NCBI GenBank assembly: GCA_963844715.1
Contig: CAWJPJ010000006.1
Span: 352,001-416,000 of the forward strand
Direction of reading: 5' to 3'
Origin: an uncultured Phycisphaerales bacterium
GTDB taxonomy: Bacteria; Planctomycetota; Phycisphaerae; Tepidisphaerales; Tepidisphaeraceae
Length of the DNA: 64,000 nt
Below, one piece after another: positions 60,528 through 64,000 of this stretch (positions are counted from its first letter, which is position 1; every line of letters starts with the position of its first letter). Below the pieces are notes generated by a model. It worked only from the letters and a program-made list of their open reading frames with translations. It searched no databases and was not told the DNA's origin. The position numbers were made by a program, and so were the translations under genes.

Positions 60528-61637
60528 ATGGGTAGCGAGCTAGAGCCGAAGGCCGCCGCGCCACGTGCCTCATCGATCCATGCGAACCCGTTGGGGCGTC
60601 TGGCGCTCGTCGGCGTCATCATCGCCGCAGTGGCGGGCGTCTTTTTGTATTTGGGGGGATGGCTGTCGCCAAACGATTTGACGCCAACAAAATTCGCCGA
60701 CGCGTTTCAGGCGGCAGATGGGGTTCATCCGGGATTCCGTCGCAATCACGCCAAGGGCGTTTGCGTTTCGGGTTACTTCGAGAGCAATGGAAATGGCGTC
60801 GAGATTTCCAGGGCGAGCGTGTTCCGTGCCGGCCGGTCTGAGGTTGTCGGTCGATTTTCGCTATCGGGCGGAATGCCCGCTCAGGCGGACACCAACGGAC
60901 AAGTTCGCGGACTCGGATTGCAATTGACGTCCGCGGATGGCGAGATTTGGCGGACGGCGATGGTGAATCTTCCAGTTTTCCCGTTTGGCACGCCGAAGGC
61001 GTTTTACGACCATCTCGTGGCCACCATTCCGGACCCGGCAACGGGGAAACCCGACCCGGAAAAGTTGAAAGCATTTCTGGCCTCGAACCCGGAGACCATG
61101 GCCGCGTTTGGGATCATCGAGAGTCATCCGCCCTCGGCCGGATTCGCGGACAGCACGTTCTATGGGTTGAACGCGTTTATCTTCACCAACGCCGGGGGCC
61201 AGTCGGTGCCCGTGCGCTGGGTTTTTTCGCCGGCGGAACCATTTCCCGGTGGACAGTCGAGCGATCCGAATTATCTCTTCGACGCGCTGATCGCGCGGAT
61301 TTACCGAGCCCCTTTGCAATGGCATCTCATGCTGATCGTTGGCCAGCCCGGCGATCCGACCGATGACGCCACCCTGCCTTGGCCCGATTCCCGGCGGCAG
61401 ATCGATGCCGGAACGCTGACTATCGACGGCATACAAAGCGAAGACGCCAGCCCGACTGCGCTGCTTAATTTCGATCCGCTGGTCTTGCCGGACGGGATTG
61501 CACCGTCGGACGATCCGCTGCTGAGCGCGCGGTCGGCGGTCTATTCCGAATCATTCACTCGGCGCTCGGGCGAGCAAAAAACGCCCAGCGCCGTGACGCC
61601 GGCGGAAGTCGCGGCACCCGGGGCTGCACCGCATTAG
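60528..61637 (+). CDS. Catalase-related peroxidase (SrpA-like)
   Basis: GFRRNHAKG, RFSLSGG, NFDPLVLPDGI.PSDDPLL.ARSAVY..SF.RR; N-terminal TM. Confidence 0.9.
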   Translation: MGSELEPKAAAPRASSIHANPLGRLALVGVIIAAVAGVFLYLGGWLSPNDLTPTKFADAFQAADGVHPGFRRNHAKGVCVSGYFESNGNGVEISRASVFRAGRSEVVGRFSLSGGMPAQADTNGQVRGLGLQLTSADGEIWRTAMVNLPVFPFGTPKAFYDHLVATIPDPATGKPDPEKLKAFLASNPETMAAFGIIESHPPSAGFADSTFYGLNAFIFTNAGGQSVPVRWVFSPAEPFPGGQSSDPNYLFDALIARIYRAPLQWHLMLIVGQPGDPTDDATLPWPDSRRQIDAGTLTIDGIQSEDASPTALLNFDPLVLPDGIAPSDDPLLSARSAVYSESFTRRSGEQKTPSAVTPAEVAAPGAAPH

Positions 61638-61649
61638 GGAGATTGCGCA

Positions 61650-62234
61650 ATGGCTGAATCGCGAGTCCAATTTACGATGCCGATGCGAATTCTGCATTGG
61701 GTCATTGCCGCGATGGTCCTCGCCATGCTGGGAATCGGCGTCGCCATGGTGACTTCACTGGGCAGTTACCATGTCTTGATCTCCATTCATCGCCCGCTGG
61801 GCATCGGGATTCTCATTCTCGCATGCGTGAGACTGGTCACGCGGCTTTTGAGCCCCCTGCCGCCCTTCCCCTCTACCGTCCCCCCGCGGGAGCGCGTCGT
61901 GGCGGAGGCATCCGAATACATCATGTACGCCCTGCTTTTTGCCATGCCGCTGATTGGTTGGGGAATGCTCTCGGCGGCGCGATACCCGATCATCATGTTC
62001 GGCTCCGTGCGCCTGCCTTATATCCTGCCGCATAGCCCGATGCTTTACTGGTGGCTCCGCAAGGCACATACCGTGTTGGCGTATCTTTTTTTTGTCGTTT
62101 TCATGGGCCATTTCAGCGCGGTACTATTTCATACGCTGGTGATCCGTGACGGCTTGCTGCTGCGGATGGTTCCGTGGTCCGCGCGGCCGCCTTCCGCTGC
62201 AGCATCCACGGCGACGAATTCCGCAGAGAGATGA
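61650..62234 (+). CDS. Cytochrome b561 family protein
   Basis: LHW, IHRPLG, AHTVL, GH..A...H; typical partner of catalase-related peroxidases. Confidence 0.85.
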   Translation: MAESRVQFTMPMRILHWVIAAMVLAMLGIGVAMVTSLGSYHVLISIHRPLGIGILILACVRLVTRLLSPLPPFPSTVPPRERVVAEASEYIMYALLFAMPLIGWGMLSAARYPIIMFGSVRLPYILPHSPMLYWWLRKAHTVLAYLFFVVFMGHFSAVLFHTLVIRDGLLLRMVPWSARPPSAAASTATNSAER

Positions 62235-62314
62235 AACTGTACAAATCAGTGGCCGTCGCGACGATGACAGGCCTAGGATAAAGCCGCAGCATTTCATTTA
62301 CAGGAGAAAGAGTC

Positions 62315-62835
62315 ATGCCTAAGACTGCATCGAATCATCGGAACCGGACGCATGCCATGGACGAGATCCCGACGGATCTCGATCACAAGGGGGTTGGAGA
62401 GATCACGGCTGATCTGAAGCGATTGCTCGCCGATACGTTTGCGCTGTATATGAAGACCAAGAATTTTCATTGGCACATGACCGGCGCGCATTTCAGGGAC
62501 TACCACCTGCTGCTGGATGAGCACGCCGACCAGATTTATGCGATGACGGATGATCTCGCGGAGCGCGCCGCAAGATTGGCGGGACTACGCTGCGCTCCAT
62601 CGGCGACATCGCCCGCCATCAGCGCATCGGCGACAGCGACAGCCCGAATTTGTCCGCCAAAGAGATGCTCGAGGAACTCAGCACGGACAATCAGGCGCTG
62701 ACGCGCTATTTCCGCGCGACCCACGCAATCTGCGACAAGTACAACGACGTCGCGACGGCGAGCATGATCGAAGTCTGGATCGACCAGACCGAGCGGCGAA
62801 CCTGGTTCCTATCGGAAATCGTGGAAGGGTTGTAA
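62315..62835 (+). CDS. dps: DNA starvation/stationary-phase protection protein Dps (frameshift at ~62580)
   Basis: LYMKTKNFHWH..G.HFRDYHLLLDE, D.LAER, DVATAS.IE.WID.TERR.WFL. Confidence 0.9.
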
Positions 62836-62898
62836 GACCCACGACGACTGACGCGCTATCCGCGGAACGAAGTCGGTGCGCGGCGCCGGCGATAGGAG

Positions 62899-63230
62899 AT
62901 GCACGTGAAAACTTCGGGTAACACGATATTGATAACCGGAGGCGCGTCCGGAATTGGGCGCGGGCTTGCCGAGGCGTTTTCCGCGAAGGGGAACAAGGTG
63001 ATCATCGCGGGCGCCGTGAAAGTTTGCTGAAGGAAGTGGCGGCGGCGAATCCGGGGATGGCGTATGAAACGCTTGATACCACCGACCCGGATTCGATCCA
63101 TAATATTTTCCGAAAAGGTTACATCGCGATAACCGTCACTAAATGCGGTGATTTACAGCGCGGGGGTGATGAATGCCGAGAAGATCGGCCAGGCGGATGT
63201 TCCGACGAGCGAGGAGATCTTCAACGTTTG
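62899..63230 (+). pseudogene. Truncated short-chain dehydrogenase (DltE-like)
   Basis: [19 protein letters not shown]...GNKVII.G; similarity ends at about residue 110, before any YxxxK motif. Confidence 0.65.
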
Positions 63231-63729
63231 CGGATGCGAAATGGGGGGGCTCATATCTGAGGGCCATTCAAGTGAATTCCGGCGGGTTACGATCGGGGCA
63301 GCGCGCGGGCGGATGGGGTGCGACCCGAATCGTTACACTTTTAACAAATCGACTTGAACAAACTGTCCGCGATGGAATTTTAATTAGGTGGCCCACGATC
63401 TGAGTGAGGCGGTAGTGGGATGTAGAAGCATGGCTACCCACGCGGTCGCGAGGTACGCAGTTCCCTACAAGGTCGTACGTAAAGGAACTATTGAAATTCA
63501 TATCGTCCTTCGCCGATGGAAGATATTTTTCTGCGAGCGAATGCAAGCATTATTATTTTCTTTACCTGACCCAAGCCCGTTACTAAACTTCCCCAGCTAC
63601 AGAAGATTGGTCTAGGGCAGGATTTTTAAGGCGCGGTCGCAGGCGTTCGGCGTAAATTCATCTCACATATTATTTTCGCGGAGAGGCGATATTGCCGACA
63701 CGGTGCCGTGTTCCCCGGGGAGGGGTGCT

Positions 63730-64000
63730 ATGAAAAAGCTGATCTTGGGTTTAGGCGTCCTGACTTGCATCATTGGCCTAGGCTTTGACGGGGCGCGGGC
63801 ATCGGTGCTTCCGAACTACAACCTGGTCGTCTTCGGAAATCTGATGGACACGTCCGATGTGGAAGGGACGGCCATTATCGGTGGAAACTTCACGGGCACC
63901 GCGGCAAATTTCGGGACTTCGCTTAATCAGGCAACCACCGCAGGGACCGATGTGCTGACGATCGGAGGGAATCTCAACAGCGGCGCAACCGTGAACATCG
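63730..64000 (+). CDS. Secreted choice-of-anchor A-like protein, truncated by the window end
   Basis: MKKLILGLGV signal; YNLVVFGNL...SDVEG..IIGGN motif; open to the end of the window. Confidence 0.6.
   Translation, partial: MKKLILGLGVLTCIIGLGFDGARASVLPNYNLVVFGNLMDTSDVEGTAIIGGNFTGTAANFGTSLNQATTAGTDVLTIGGNLNSGATVNI

Overview
GC-rich bacterial DNA, most likely a planctomycete (Phycisphaerae/Tepidisphaerales-like). The taxonomic call is inferred from PEP-CTERM proteins, an LEPR-like surface protein with a dockerin domain, a prepilin-type/H-X9-DG (DUF1559-like) protein, a Ser/Thr kinase-WD40 and an extended ECF sigma factor. Most long genes carry single-base frameshifts, which looks like uncorrected long-read indel error, so genes were stitched across ORF fragments and some ends are approximate. 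The window holds metabolic genes (pyk, poxB, mqo, cydAB, fumC, catalase-related peroxidase, dps), two SPINDLY-like GT41 glycosyltransferases, two toxin-antitoxin pairs and three IS elements with readable ends. The best-supported non-obvious finding is a 3.28 kb integrative element (about 45347-48628) made of a small ORF, a large serine recombinase and a pRiA4b ORF-3-like gene. It sits precisely inside a pyridine nucleotide-disulfide oxidoreductase gene. The host C-terminus is recovered on the far side, and the reconstructed attP is symmetric about a 2-bp core. The second is an unexplained, roughly 400 bp non-coding repeat family with hairpins at about 8.6, 9.6-10.0 and 11.6-12.1 kb that brackets short gene blocks. 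No rRNA, tRNA or CRISPR array was seen.
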